A stretch of DNA of 64,000 bases, taken from positions 640,001-704,000 of the forward strand of contig OY843592.1 of NCBI GenBank assembly GCA_963692865.2. The letters are read 5' to 3'. Source of the DNA: a bacterium. Lineage in GTDB: Bacteria > UBA8248. Both the position numbers and the translations under genes were made by a program. Below, piece after piece: positions 1 to 8,544 of this stretch (its first letter is position 1; each line of letters starts with the position of its first letter). A model generated the notes under the pieces. It saw only the letters and a list, made by a program, of their open reading frames with translations, did no database searches and had not been told where the DNA came from.

Positions 1-1
1 C

Positions 2-724
2 GACGACCTGCTCAGCCTGCATGCCAGCGACCCGCAGTACTTTCCGGATACCGATACCAGGTTCATGATGATCATACCCTTCGTCGCGGCCATGTATATG
101 GGCACCGCCGTCGGGTTCGGGCTCTTTCTGATGGCCTCCCATCCGGACATCTACCAGCGCGTGCGCAGGGAAGCCGAGGCGCTGTTCGCGAACGGAGACC
201 CCCGGCCGGAGGACTTGACGCCGGAGGCCATGGACACCGCCCACCGGCTGATTCTCGAAACCCTCCGGCTCTACCCCAGCGTCCCCCTGCAAATGAGAAC
301 CGTCATGAACAGCTGCATCGTGGAGGGCTACGAACTGCCCCTCGATGCCCGCGTCGTGCTGGCGTCCACCGCCGTTCATTACATGGAGGAGAACTATCCC
401 GATCCGCGGACGTTCGACATCGACCGGTATCTTCCCGGGCGAGAGGAGCACAAGAAACACGGGGCTTTCGGGACATGGGGTTTCGGCACCCACACCTGCC
501 TCGGCCCGAGAGTGGCGGAATATCAGATGACGATCAACCTTTTGATGATCGCCTACTATTTCGAGCTGGAAGCGATGCCCTCCTGCTACCCGGTGAAAGT
601 CAATCCGTTCCCGACCTGCACCCCGCGCAAGAGCCTCAAGCTACGAATCAAGTCGAAGCGGCCGCTCTTCCCGAGCGATCGGGCGGTCGCCTCCGACGAT
701 CGGGAGGTCGCCCTGCATTCCTGA
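2..724 (+). CDS. Cytochrome P450, C-terminal part (gene starts before the window)
   Basis: Contains ETLRLYP (ExxR), FDIDRY (PERF-like) and the heme motif WGFGTHTCLG. The frame is open from the window edge. Confidence 0.95.
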   Translation, partial: DDLLSLHASDPQYFPDTDTRFMMIIPFVAAMYMGTAVGFGLFLMASHPDIYQRVRREAEALFANGDPRPEDLTPEAMDTAHRLILETLRLYPSVPLQMRTVMNSCIVEGYELPLDARVVLASTAVHYMEENYPDPRTFDIDRYLPGREEHKKHGAFGTWGFGTHTCLGPRVAEYQMTINLLMIAYYFELEAMPSCYPVKVNPFPTCTPRKSLKLRIKSKRPLFPSDRAVASDDREVALHS

Positions 725-951
725 CTCGCGGGGCCCGCGCGGCGGCCGAAACACCGCGCAAACCGGCGGATTCGCCGTTCTTTACCGCATCAAAATTTCT
801 TGACAACGCAAGGAGCGTTGGCGAGTATGTCAGGATAAGGCTTATCGAGATGTCGTAACCCGTATTCCGATTCGGGGAAGAGACTCGAATGAATTGCTTC
901 GTCGAACGATTATCAGTCCGGGCCGCATCGACCCGAAAACAAGGAGCCGTC

Positions 952-1878
952 ATGAGATCGATTTCACACCGGAAAAACCCTCCTATTCAAACGATCTTTG
1001 CGGCCGCCGCCGCCGCGTTTCTTCTCATAGCGTTCGCGCCCGACGCGCGCGCCGCGGATTCGGGCGCGAAAGCCCAGGACCCGAAATGGTATTTCAGCCT
1101 GAGCGTGCCGGTCATGTTCATCGACGACTCGGACAGCGTCGAGAAGGGCGCCGTGCCGAGTCCCGCTGGCAAAACTGACTACACGGCGAAAGCCCTCACG
1201 GAATACGCTACGGGGTACAGGGTGAGCGGCGCGCTGGGCCGTGAATTCGGCAACGGCCTGCGCGTCGACGGCGAGGTGTTCCTCGCCAGCGCCAAGGTCG
1301 ACAAGCTGATCTACAAGGGACGCACGACGACCTTCCCTACTCAACAGGGACCAATGACTATAGATGTACCGGGCGAGAGTTCCATCCCCGTGTCCGGCTC
1401 GGCAAGCCAGATGGGCGCCATGGTGAACGTCTGGTACGATTTCAATACCGGCTCCAAATGGACGCCATACGTCGGCTTCGGCCTCGGCTTCCTCCGGGTC
1501 GATTGGGGCGACGTGAAGTATGACCGCAACGAGGTCGCGCAAGGAGCTGCCGACCAGATTGCGCGCTTACAATGCAAAGCCCTTCCCCCTGGCGTCCAGC
1601 AGGATCAGTGTCTACAAGGGGTTCAAGCAGGGGCTGCCAAACTGCCCCCGGGGACCGTGCCCGAACTCTCCGACACGGATACGGTGCTCGCCTATCAACT
1701 CGGCCTGGGGCTGGCCTACGAGTATTCCGACGCCATTACCTTTCAGGTGGGCTACCGCCTGTCGAGGTCCGGCGATCTGGAGTTCAGCGGCAAGAACACC
1801 ATGACCATGGCGACGGCCACGGCGACCACGGACATGCAGGTTCATCTCTTCGAGTTGGGCATACGCTATCGATTCTAG
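952..1878 (+). CDS. Outer-membrane beta-barrel protein (OmpA-TM/opacity/P44-Msp2-like)
   Basis: Signal peptide ending in ARA|AD, MVNVWYDF..WTPYVGFGLG strands, C-terminal YRF beta-signal. RBS AAGGAG precedes ATG 952. Confidence 0.85.
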   Translation: MRSISHRKNPPIQTIFAAAAAAFLLIAFAPDARAADSGAKAQDPKWYFSLSVPVMFIDDSDSVEKGAVPSPAGKTDYTAKALTEYATGYRVSGALGREFGNGLRVDGEVFLASAKVDKLIYKGRTTTFPTQQGPMTIDVPGESSIPVSGSASQMGAMVNVWYDFNTGSKWTPYVGFGLGFLRVDWGDVKYDRNEVAQGAADQIARLQCKALPPGVQQDQCLQGVQAGAAKLPPGTVPELSDTDTVLAYQLGLGLAYEYSDAITFQVGYRLSRSGDLEFSGKNTMTMATATATTDMQVHLFELGIRYRF

Positions 1879-2010
1879 GCGTCGCGTGAACCCCGAACGC
1901 CCCGGCGGGAGGAAAGGTGGCATGGCGCGCGCTTCGATCGGTCGTCGGCCGGGCGTGAGGCCGGCCGAACTCGCAGGCGAAGCCGCAACCTTCGAACCAG
2001 GGGATGGCGG

Positions 2011-3048
2011 ATGTCGATGAAAGCCGGCCGAATCGAGCGCGACGACGCATCCTCGCTTTATCCGTTTCCGGAAGGCTGGTACTTCGTCGCCGGCCGAAAG
2101 ACGATAGAGAAGAAGAAACTGATCCAGAGAACCTGGATGGGCGAGCGAATCGTCGTCTGGTGCGACGATGAGGGCCGCATCTGCGTGGCGGAGGACTTGT
2201 GTCCGCATCTGGGTTCGGAGCTCGGCCCCGAAGTCGGCGGCATGGTGCGGGGCGGCTGCCTCGTCTGCCCCTTCCACGGGTTCGAGTTCGACGTTTCCGG
2301 ACAATGCGTCAAGACGCCCTACGCGCCGGCGCCCAGGACCGCCAGGCTTAAAACTTTCGAGACGCGCGAAATCCTGGGCATCGTCTTCGCCTGGTGGGGG
2401 GTCGATGGACGCCCGCCGCAATGGCGCCTGCCGGAGGAGCCCGCCGGAGACGACTGGAGCGGGCTGGAGACCTGGAGCGTCCGGTTCACGGGGCATCCCC
2501 AGGAGACGACCGAGAACTCGGTGGACGACGGACACCTGCGCTACGTGCACGGCTTCGGCAGCGTGAACCGGGTCGGAACGATAGAGGTGGACGGCGCCTA
2601 CCTCAGGAGCTGTTTCGACTTCAGGAAAACCCAGGCCGTCGCCGGGATCAACATCTACACGTACGACGTTTCCGCCATCACCCACGTGCACGGGCTGGGC
2701 TATTCGTTCGTCGAGGTCCACGAGGACGGCATCGGCATGGATACCCGCCTGTGGGTGCTCGCGACGCCCATCGACGCCGAAACCGTCGAAATGACGCTGT
2801 TCAGCCAGGTGAAGCGAATACGCAGACCGAAGCGGGCGATCATCGGAATGCGCTTCCTGCCGGCGGGTCTTCGCACCAGAATCATGAACAAAATCCTCAT
2901 CACGGCCCAGAAGCGCGACGTTTTGCTGGACGTCGTCATATGGGACAGGAAACATTACGTGCCCCGCCCCCGCCTGTGCGGCTCGGACGGGGAGATCGGA
3001 GCCTTCCGGCGTTATTGCGAGCAGTTCTACCCGGAGCGGGGGTGTTGA
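2011..3048 (+). CDS. Rieske non-heme iron oxygenase/desaturase (KshA / Neverland cholesterol 7-desaturase-like)
   Basis: Rieske motif CPHLG..CPFHG, mononuclear Fe motif ENSVDDGHLRYVH, C-terminal DVVIWDRK..DGEIGAFRRYCEQFY. Confidence 0.88.
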   Translation: MSMKAGRIERDDASSLYPFPEGWYFVAGRKTIEKKKLIQRTWMGERIVVWCDDEGRICVAEDLCPHLGSELGPEVGGMVRGGCLVCPFHGFEFDVSGQCVKTPYAPAPRTARLKTFETREILGIVFAWWGVDGRPPQWRLPEEPAGDDWSGLETWSVRFTGHPQETTENSVDDGHLRYVHGFGSVNRVGTIEVDGAYLRSCFDFRKTQAVAGINIYTYDVSAITHVHGLGYSFVEVHEDGIGMDTRLWVLATPIDAETVEMTLFSQVKRIRRPKRAIIGMRFLPAGLRTRIMNKILITAQKRDVLLDVVIWDRKHYVPRPRLCGSDGEIGAFRRYCEQFYPERGC

Positions 3049-3575
3049 AAAAGGCCTGCTTCGAAACAGGGCGGACACTCAGGTCCCCGGACAGGCTCCT
3101 GCGCCTGTCCGGCTACGCGAGACGCAATGGTTCTGTAGGGGAGGACCCGTGTGTCCTCCCCTGAGCGCCGTTCTGGTCGTGAGCCTGATGTAGGGGTCGC
3201 ATATCATGCGACCCGCATATCGAACGGGGAGGGCCGCATGATATGTCGGACATATATGTCCGACCTACGGACCAAACCCGACCGAAGGAGGGTTGTTGAA
3301 AAAGCGTCTATGAACGAGGGTTCGGCGCGACCGACGGGAAGAAAGAGAATCACTCCCCCCTTGAGGGGGAGTCGAAAAAACCCGGGCTTGGGAGCGGGCG
3401 GTATGGAGTCTCACGCAGCGGTGGAGGTGAAGCCGGCCCGGCGCGAGCAGGCGTGATTGTTAGCGTAGGGGCCGCATATCATGCGGCCCATGGTCGGCAG
3501 GCGTAAAAGGCAGGGCCGCATGATATGCGGCCCCTACAGACCAAACCCGACCGAAGGGGGGTTGTAAAAAAGGCC
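3039..3575. repeat. Cluster of GTAG-type REP palindromes, a CTCCCCCTTGAGGGGGAG palindrome and GTTGAAAAA ends
   Basis: Examples are GTAGGGGTCGCATATCATGCGACCC (~3190) and GTAGGGGCCGCATATCATGCGGCCC (~3465) with its inverted partner (~3513). The same units recur at 5.0 kb and 54.5-56.6 kb. Confidence 0.9.
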
Positions 3576-3627
3576 GCCGGGAGGCGGGTTTCGCCGTAGA
3601 GAGACAGGAAGAGGGACACGCGACGCC

Positions 3628-4656
3628 ATGGAAATCGGCAAACTATCGAACGAGTTGAAGGACGCGTACGGGGGAGAGGACGTCGCCCGCCGCGTGCAGG
3701 ACTTCGAGGACTGGATCGAGCGCGCGGAGGCCGACGGCGCGGGCGGGTACGACCACACCCAGACGGTGAAGGACTACTACGACCTCTGCAGCGGGTTCAT
3801 GGTGTGGGGCTGGGGCGAATCCCTGCACTTCGCGCCCCTCTCGCCCGAGGAGAGCCTGGAGGAATCCAAGGTCCGGCATCAGCGGCTGATGATCTCCAAG
3901 CTGGAGCTGCAGCAGGGCATGGCGGTGGTCGACGTCGGTTGCGGAATCGGCGGCCCGATGCGCCGCGTCGTCCGTGAGGCGGGCGTCCGGGTCGTCGGGA
4001 TCAACATCAACAAAATCCAGCTGGAAAAGGCGAAGAGGCTGAACGCCGAGGCGGGGCTCGACCACATGATCGATTACGAGGCGTGCAGCTTCATGGACAT
4101 GAGCGCCGTCGAAGACGAGACGTTCGACCGGGGCTACGCCATCGAGTCGACGTGCCATGCGCCGGACAAGCGGCGCGCGTTCGAGGAGATATTCCGCGTG
4201 CTGAAGCCCGGCGCCCTGTTCTGGGGGCAGGAGATGTGCCTGACGGAGAAGTTCGACCCCGGCGACGACCGGCACCGGGCCCTCAAGCGCGACCTCATGC
4301 TCGGCATCGCGCTCAAGGAGGTCGCGACGTTCGCGGAAGTGAACCGCGCGCTCGAAGCGGCGGGTTTCGAGGTCGTGGAGGGGATGGACCGGGAAGTCCG
4401 GGAGGGGCCATCCACGCCGTGGTACCAACCCATGGAGAGCCGGCACGGGACGCTGGGCAACGCCCTGCGCAGGCTTCCGCAGGGCCGCAGGGCGGTCCTC
4501 GCGGGATCGAAGCTGGCCGAAGTCGTCCGGCTGTTCCCGAAGGGGTCCGCGGAAGTCGTCCGCCTCCTGGACCGGACCGCGGACGCCTACGTCGCGGGCG
4601 GCAAGACGGGCATCTTCACGCCGCTGTACTGCTTCCTGGCCCGCAAACCCCGTTAG
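3628..4656 (+). CDS. Sterol C24-methyltransferase-like SAM-dependent methyltransferase (ERG6/SMT family)
   Basis: DYYD..WGWGESLHF, VDVGCGIGGP, YAIESTCHAP, RVLKPG and C-terminal GGKTGIFTPLYCFLARKP match the ERG6/SMT signature regions. Confidence 0.88.
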   Translation: MEIGKLSNELKDAYGGEDVARRVQDFEDWIERAEADGAGGYDHTQTVKDYYDLCSGFMVWGWGESLHFAPLSPEESLEESKVRHQRLMISKLELQQGMAVVDVGCGIGGPMRRVVREAGVRVVGININKIQLEKAKRLNAEAGLDHMIDYEACSFMDMSAVEDETFDRGYAIESTCHAPDKRRAFEEIFRVLKPGALFWGQEMCLTEKFDPGDDRHRALKRDLMLGIALKEVATFAEVNRALEAAGFEVVEGMDREVREGPSTPWYQPMESRHGTLGNALRRLPQGRRAVLAGSKLAEVVRLFPKGSAEVVRLLDRTADAYVAGGKTGIFTPLYCFLARKPR

Positions 4657-4749
4657 GCGCAAGCGGCCGGCGGGCGCGCCGGAGTTGCGCGGGCTTTTGG
4701 AGTTGACTCCCCTCTTGACTGTCGATTGCACACGCTGAATCACGAAACC

Positions 4750-5480
4750 AGGGCTTTTTCAACAAGCCCATATGCGACCCCCGCAAACCGCCAACGCCTC
4801 TTTCCTCACCCTGAGTAGCCGCCGAGCCGCGTATCGAAGGTCAATCGCGACCAATGCGGGAGCGATTGCCGACCAAAAAGGGGAGCGCTCCCCTCGATAG
4901 ACTCGGGCAAGCCCTTCGATACAAACGCTCCTTCCTCGGGGCTGTTGAAAAACCTGTCCCTCTCGGATCAACCACGTTTTATCCGTAGGGGCCGTTCGCG
5001 AACGGCCCTCCCCGGAGAAGAAACGGGCGCTTCACGAAGCGCCCCTACGGTCGTCTTTCAAGAGGGTATGTAGGGGCCGCATATCATGCGGCCCGCCGCC
5101 GGAAAGGCGAAAAGGCCGGGCCGCATGATATGCGGCCCCTACAATCGAAACAGCAAAATGACGCCCGGAGCCGAGCGCGCGGCTTCGGCCTGCTACCGAA
5201 GACGGAGCCGGTTCGTCATCCGGACGCTCCCGCCGCCGTCATGCGCCGGAGCGACGAACCACGAGCTTCCCTTCCGCCGGACAGCGCAACCCCTCTCTCC
5301 CAAGGGCTGTTGAAAACTTTCCTGACGGGGTACAGGCAACTCTCCCTTGTCAGGGGTCAATTTCGAGCGATGAGCGAGAAATTGCGCGCCGATGCGTTTC
5401 TCATCAATGGCTTATGCAAACGCTCGCTCCTCACTCGCGTTTGACCCCTGACGAGGGGGGGGTAGGGAGGTTGCCTTTAC
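4750..5480. repeat. Composite intergenic repeat cluster (GTAG REP doublets, CTCACCCTGAGTAG..GTATCGAAGG element, GTCAGGGGTCAA/TTGACCCCTGAC inverted repeat)
   Basis: Units are directly visible at ~4805, 4984/5025, 5070/5118 and 5346-5458. Confidence 0.88.
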
Positions 5481-5481
5481 A

Positions 5482-5791
5482 GGGTTGTTGAAAAAGTCCT
5501 CCAATCGAGAGTGTTCACCGTCATTCCGGCGAAAGCCGGAATCCATTTGCTTTGCCTTTGCTTTTTTGTTTTCTGATTGGTTCCCGTCAATGACGGAGAG
5601 ATGAAAAGCCGGAGTATTGTCATTCCGCTTGAAAATGGATTCCGGCTTTCGCCGGAATGACGAATAAAACCGAACCGGCCCGAAAGGACAGGCCGCGACC
5701 TCGGACAGGCTAAAGGGCCTGTCCGCTGCGCGCGCCCTCCCCGGTTATTTGCATTCGCCAAATCTCGAAATCAGAGGTTTTTCAACAACCC
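5482..5791. mobile_element. MITE-like non-autonomous element
   Basis: Terminal inverted repeats GGGTTGTTGAAAAA / TTTTTCAACAACCC enclose an inverted pair of GTCATTCCGGCGAAAGCCGGAATCCA palindromes (~5520 and ~5637-5662). There is no transposase ORF. Confidence 0.65.
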
Positions 5792-6029
5792 CGAAAGCGC
5801 CGCCACCGCCTCATCCCGGGCAGGCGCGCGCGCCGCATCGGGGGATGCGCGGCGGGCGGTGTCGAACCCCGCCCGGAGCCGGGCGCGCTTTTCGCCCATC
5901 CGCGCCGCGCCGGGAGCGGGCCGTCTCGGGCGGGTTCCGGGGGGCGTTTCTCCGGAAGGGGCGCGCTCCCGGAGAGAGCGCGTGAGGAGCGCAGGGATTC
6001 AGGATAATGCAAATAATCATATTTTCGAC

Positions 6030-6085
6030 AAAATTGGATAAATTCACGATGTTTTCCGATAAATTAACGGGGTTATTCGATAAAT
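6030..6085 (+). repeat. AT-rich element with GATAAAT at 21-bp period; inverted copy at 51373-51408
   Basis: GATAAAT starts at 6037, 6058 and 6079. Bases 6030-6065 match the reverse complement of 51373-51408 at 33/36 positions. Confidence 0.85.
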
Positions 6086-6347
6086 AAAACGAGCCGTTTT
6101 CCCTCGGGAAAAGACGCCGAAACAGCGCGGCGCAGGGAGTATTCTGCCACGGCCCGAGCGCCGCGCGATGACGGCAAATGCGGGGAATTGCGGGGCGCCG
6201 CGCGCCGAAAGCGCCGGGGAGGCCATTGCAACCGTTTGATAAAAATTGTGTTATGACGAAGACGCCGAAAGACGCCGCGAAAGATACCCACGGGCCTCGT
6301 TTTGTGGTTTTATGGGGCGTCGCATTGGCGACATCGGGGAGATATAT

Positions 6348-6743
6348 ATGGAAAAGAAGGTCATCCATACGGAGAAGGCCGCATCGGGCAAGGTGCCGCT
6401 CTCCCAGGCCATCCGGGCGGGAGAGTGGCTCCACTGCTCGGGGCAGTTGCCACTGGACCCCGCGACGGGAGAGCTGGTTCCGGGCGGCGTGGCCGAACAG
6501 ACCCGCCGGGTCATCGAGAACTTGAAGGCGGTGTGCGAGGCGGGCGGAACGTCGCTCGAAAACGCCGTAAAAGTAACCATTTTCATGGAAGATCTGGCGG
6601 ATCTGGGGGAAATGAACGCCGTGTTCGAGGCGTATTTCGGAACGGAAGACCCCCCGGCGCGAACGACTTTCCAGGCGGCGAAAATCATCGCGGGCGCGAA
6701 ACTCGAAATCGAACTGCTGGCGTTCATCCCCCAGCAAGAATAG
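6348..6743 (+). CDS. ridA: RidA/YjgF family enamine/imine deaminase
   Basis: SQAIRAG..SGQLPLDP, VKVTIF, MNAVFEAYF, PARTT, EIE motifs. Confidence 0.9.
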   Translation: MEKKVIHTEKAASGKVPLSQAIRAGEWLHCSGQLPLDPATGELVPGGVAEQTRRVIENLKAVCEAGGTSLENAVKVTIFMEDLADLGEMNAVFEAYFGTEDPPARTTFQAAKIIAGAKLEIELLAFIPQQE

Positions 6744-6752
6744 GAGAACCCT

Positions 6753-7370
6753 TTGGCTACGAGAGCACCTCAAGTCGGGATACTGATGGGAAGCGCGTCG
6801 GACAAACCGGCGATGGAAGAAGCCGCGAAGGCGCTCGACGCCTTCCACATTCCCTCGGAGATGAGGATCTTATCGGCCCACCGCACGCCCGACGCCGTGC
6901 ACGAATACGTCAAAACGGCGCCGGAGCGCGGAATCCGCGTCCTGATCGCCGGCGCGGGCATGTCGGCGCACCTGGCGGGCGTCGTCGGCGCCGCGACGGA
7001 TCTGCCCGTGATAGGCGTTCCGCTCGACAGCTCCTCGCTCGGCGGCCTCGATTCGCTCCTCTCGACGGTGCAGATGCCCCCCGGCATCCCCGTGGCGACG
7101 ATGGGAATCGGCGGTCCCGGCGCCAGGAACGCGGCCCTTCACGCCACCCGGATACTCGCCTTGACCGACCCGAAACTGGCGAAGGAATACCGGCGCTTCG
7201 CGCAACAGCAGACCGAGAAGGTTCTGGCCGCCGACGCCGCGCTCCAGCAGGAAATCGCCCCGCCGCCCGCCCAGGCGCAAAAAGACAACTCGAAACAACC
7301 CAAAGACGACGCGAGAAAAAAACCCAGGCCCAAACGAAGCCGCGCCAAAAGAACGTACCGGAAAAAATAG
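6753..7370 (+). CDS. purE: N5-CAIR mutase PurE with a basic C-terminal extension
   Basis: ILMGSASD, SAHRTP, AGAGMSAHL, GLDSLLSTVQMPPGIPVAT. Confidence 0.96.
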   Translation: MATRAPQVGILMGSASDKPAMEEAAKALDAFHIPSEMRILSAHRTPDAVHEYVKTAPERGIRVLIAGAGMSAHLAGVVGAATDLPVIGVPLDSSSLGGLDSLLSTVQMPPGIPVATMGIGGPGARNAALHATRILALTDPKLAKEYRRFAQQQTEKVLAADAALQQEIAPPPAQAQKDNSKQPKDDARKKPRPKRSRAKRTYRKK

Positions 7371-7373
7371 ACG

Positions 7374-8009
7374 GTGGGCGGAATCCTCCCGGTGAATCCC
7401 GACTCACCAGAAGAAGAAGTGCTCCGGCAGGCCGGTGAGGAATTGTCTTCCGGAAACATCGTCGCCCTGCCCACGGATACGATTTATGGGCTGTGCGCTT
7501 ACGCTTTCGACCATGAAGCCGTCGAGAAACTCTATGAAGCCAAGGGGAGAAAAGACGGGAAAGGCGCGCCCGTTCTCATCGGCTACCGCAATCAGTTGAT
7601 AAGACTCGCCGGCCACATCTCTCCGCGCGCCGTAAGCCTGATGGACTCTCTATGGCCTTCGGGCCTGACGCTGGTTCTGCCGGCTTCTCCCTGCCTGTCT
7701 CCCCTGCTGGCCGAAGGCGGTACGAGCGTCGCCGTTCGCATGCCCCCTCAAGCGCTTTGCCGCATCCTGGCCATGCGGGTCGGCCCGTTCGTGGCGACGA
7801 GCGCGAACCCATCCGGCGAACACCCGCTCCAAAGCGCCCAAGCGATTTCATCCCGGTTCCAAAACAAGGTAGGGTTGATCCTGGACGGCGGGAAAACGGA
7901 AAACACCCGGCCATCCACCGTCGTAGACGCGAGGGGGGAGCAACCAAGGCTTCTGCGCGAGGGCATGGTCGATTTCGATTTGGTGGTTCGCGCCTGGAAC
8001 AAGGCCTGA
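7374..8009 (+). CDS. tsaC: L-threonylcarbamoyladenylate synthase (TsaC/Sua5/YrdC)
   Basis: PTDTIYGL, KGR, AVRMP, TSANPSG, PSTVVD, LLREG. Confidence 0.93.
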   Translation: MGGILPVNPDSPEEEVLRQAGEELSSGNIVALPTDTIYGLCAYAFDHEAVEKLYEAKGRKDGKGAPVLIGYRNQLIRLAGHISPRAVSLMDSLWPSGLTLVLPASPCLSPLLAEGGTSVAVRMPPQALCRILAMRVGPFVATSANPSGEHPLQSAQAISSRFQNKVGLILDGGKTENTRPSTVVDARGEQPRLLREGMVDFDLVVRAWNKA

Positions 8010-8026
8010 GAAAACGCGGCCGGATT

Positions 8027-8374
8027 CTATTCGGGCTCAGGCATGTTCAAGACGACCCGGCCCTCCCCTTCGACGATACACTGACAGGCCAGTCGGTATT
8101 CACCCGGATTCCAGCCATAGGCATCCAGCGTATCTTTCTCGTCTTCCCGCTGTGGAGAGAGAAACTCGGTTCCTGAAATCACGATCACCTTACAAGTCGA
8201 ACAGGCGCAATTGCCGCCGCAATCGCAGGTATGATCGACGCCATTCTCCAAATCCGCATCCAGAATGGAATCTCCAATCTCTATTTCGTATTCGACATCC
8301 AGGTTTTCATATCGAATGGCGCCCAACAACCTACCTCCCGAAGAAATGGTGAACCAACGTTCCGAGGTTTCCAT
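8027..8374 (-). CDS. 2Fe-2S ferredoxin (adrenodoxin-type)
   Basis: CGGNCACSTC and RLACQC. Confidence 0.9.
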   Translation of the reverse strand: METSERWFTISSGGRLLGAIRYENLDVEYEIEIGDSILDADLENGVDHTCDCGGNCACSTCKVIVISGTEFLSPQREDEKDTLDAYGWNPGEYRLACQCIVEGEGRVVLNMPEPE

Positions 8375-8544
8375 CCGTGGAACGCTCTATACGGATATGA
8401 GAATTTTACGAAATCTCTTTCATCAAGGCCCAAATCTATTATCTTTCCTTGCCCCCTTTAACGGGTGCGTTCCACACTTTTGAAGCTACAATCCCTAACG
8501 ATGACGAGCGCGAATATCCAGATTACCGGAGTGCGGAGGATACG

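Noticed and set aside
800-831. TTGACA promoter upstream of the OM barrel gene
   Set aside because: The -35 is perfect but there is no good -10 at 16-18 bp spacing, so it is not reported as a feature.
1612-4743. Long antisense ORFs (488 aa and 366 aa; similarly 41091-42560, 48167-49696, 52883-54322 and 61666-62943)
   Set aside because: These are shadow ORFs opposite well-supported genes in GC-rich DNA and carry no motifs.
3039-5800. Repeat clusters as a CRISPR array
   Set aside because: The repeats are heterogeneous, inverted and irregularly spaced, and no cas genes are present.
8358-8384. CGTTCC...GTGGAACG as an extra parS site
   Set aside because: It does not form the 16-bp parS palindrome and it overlaps a gene start.
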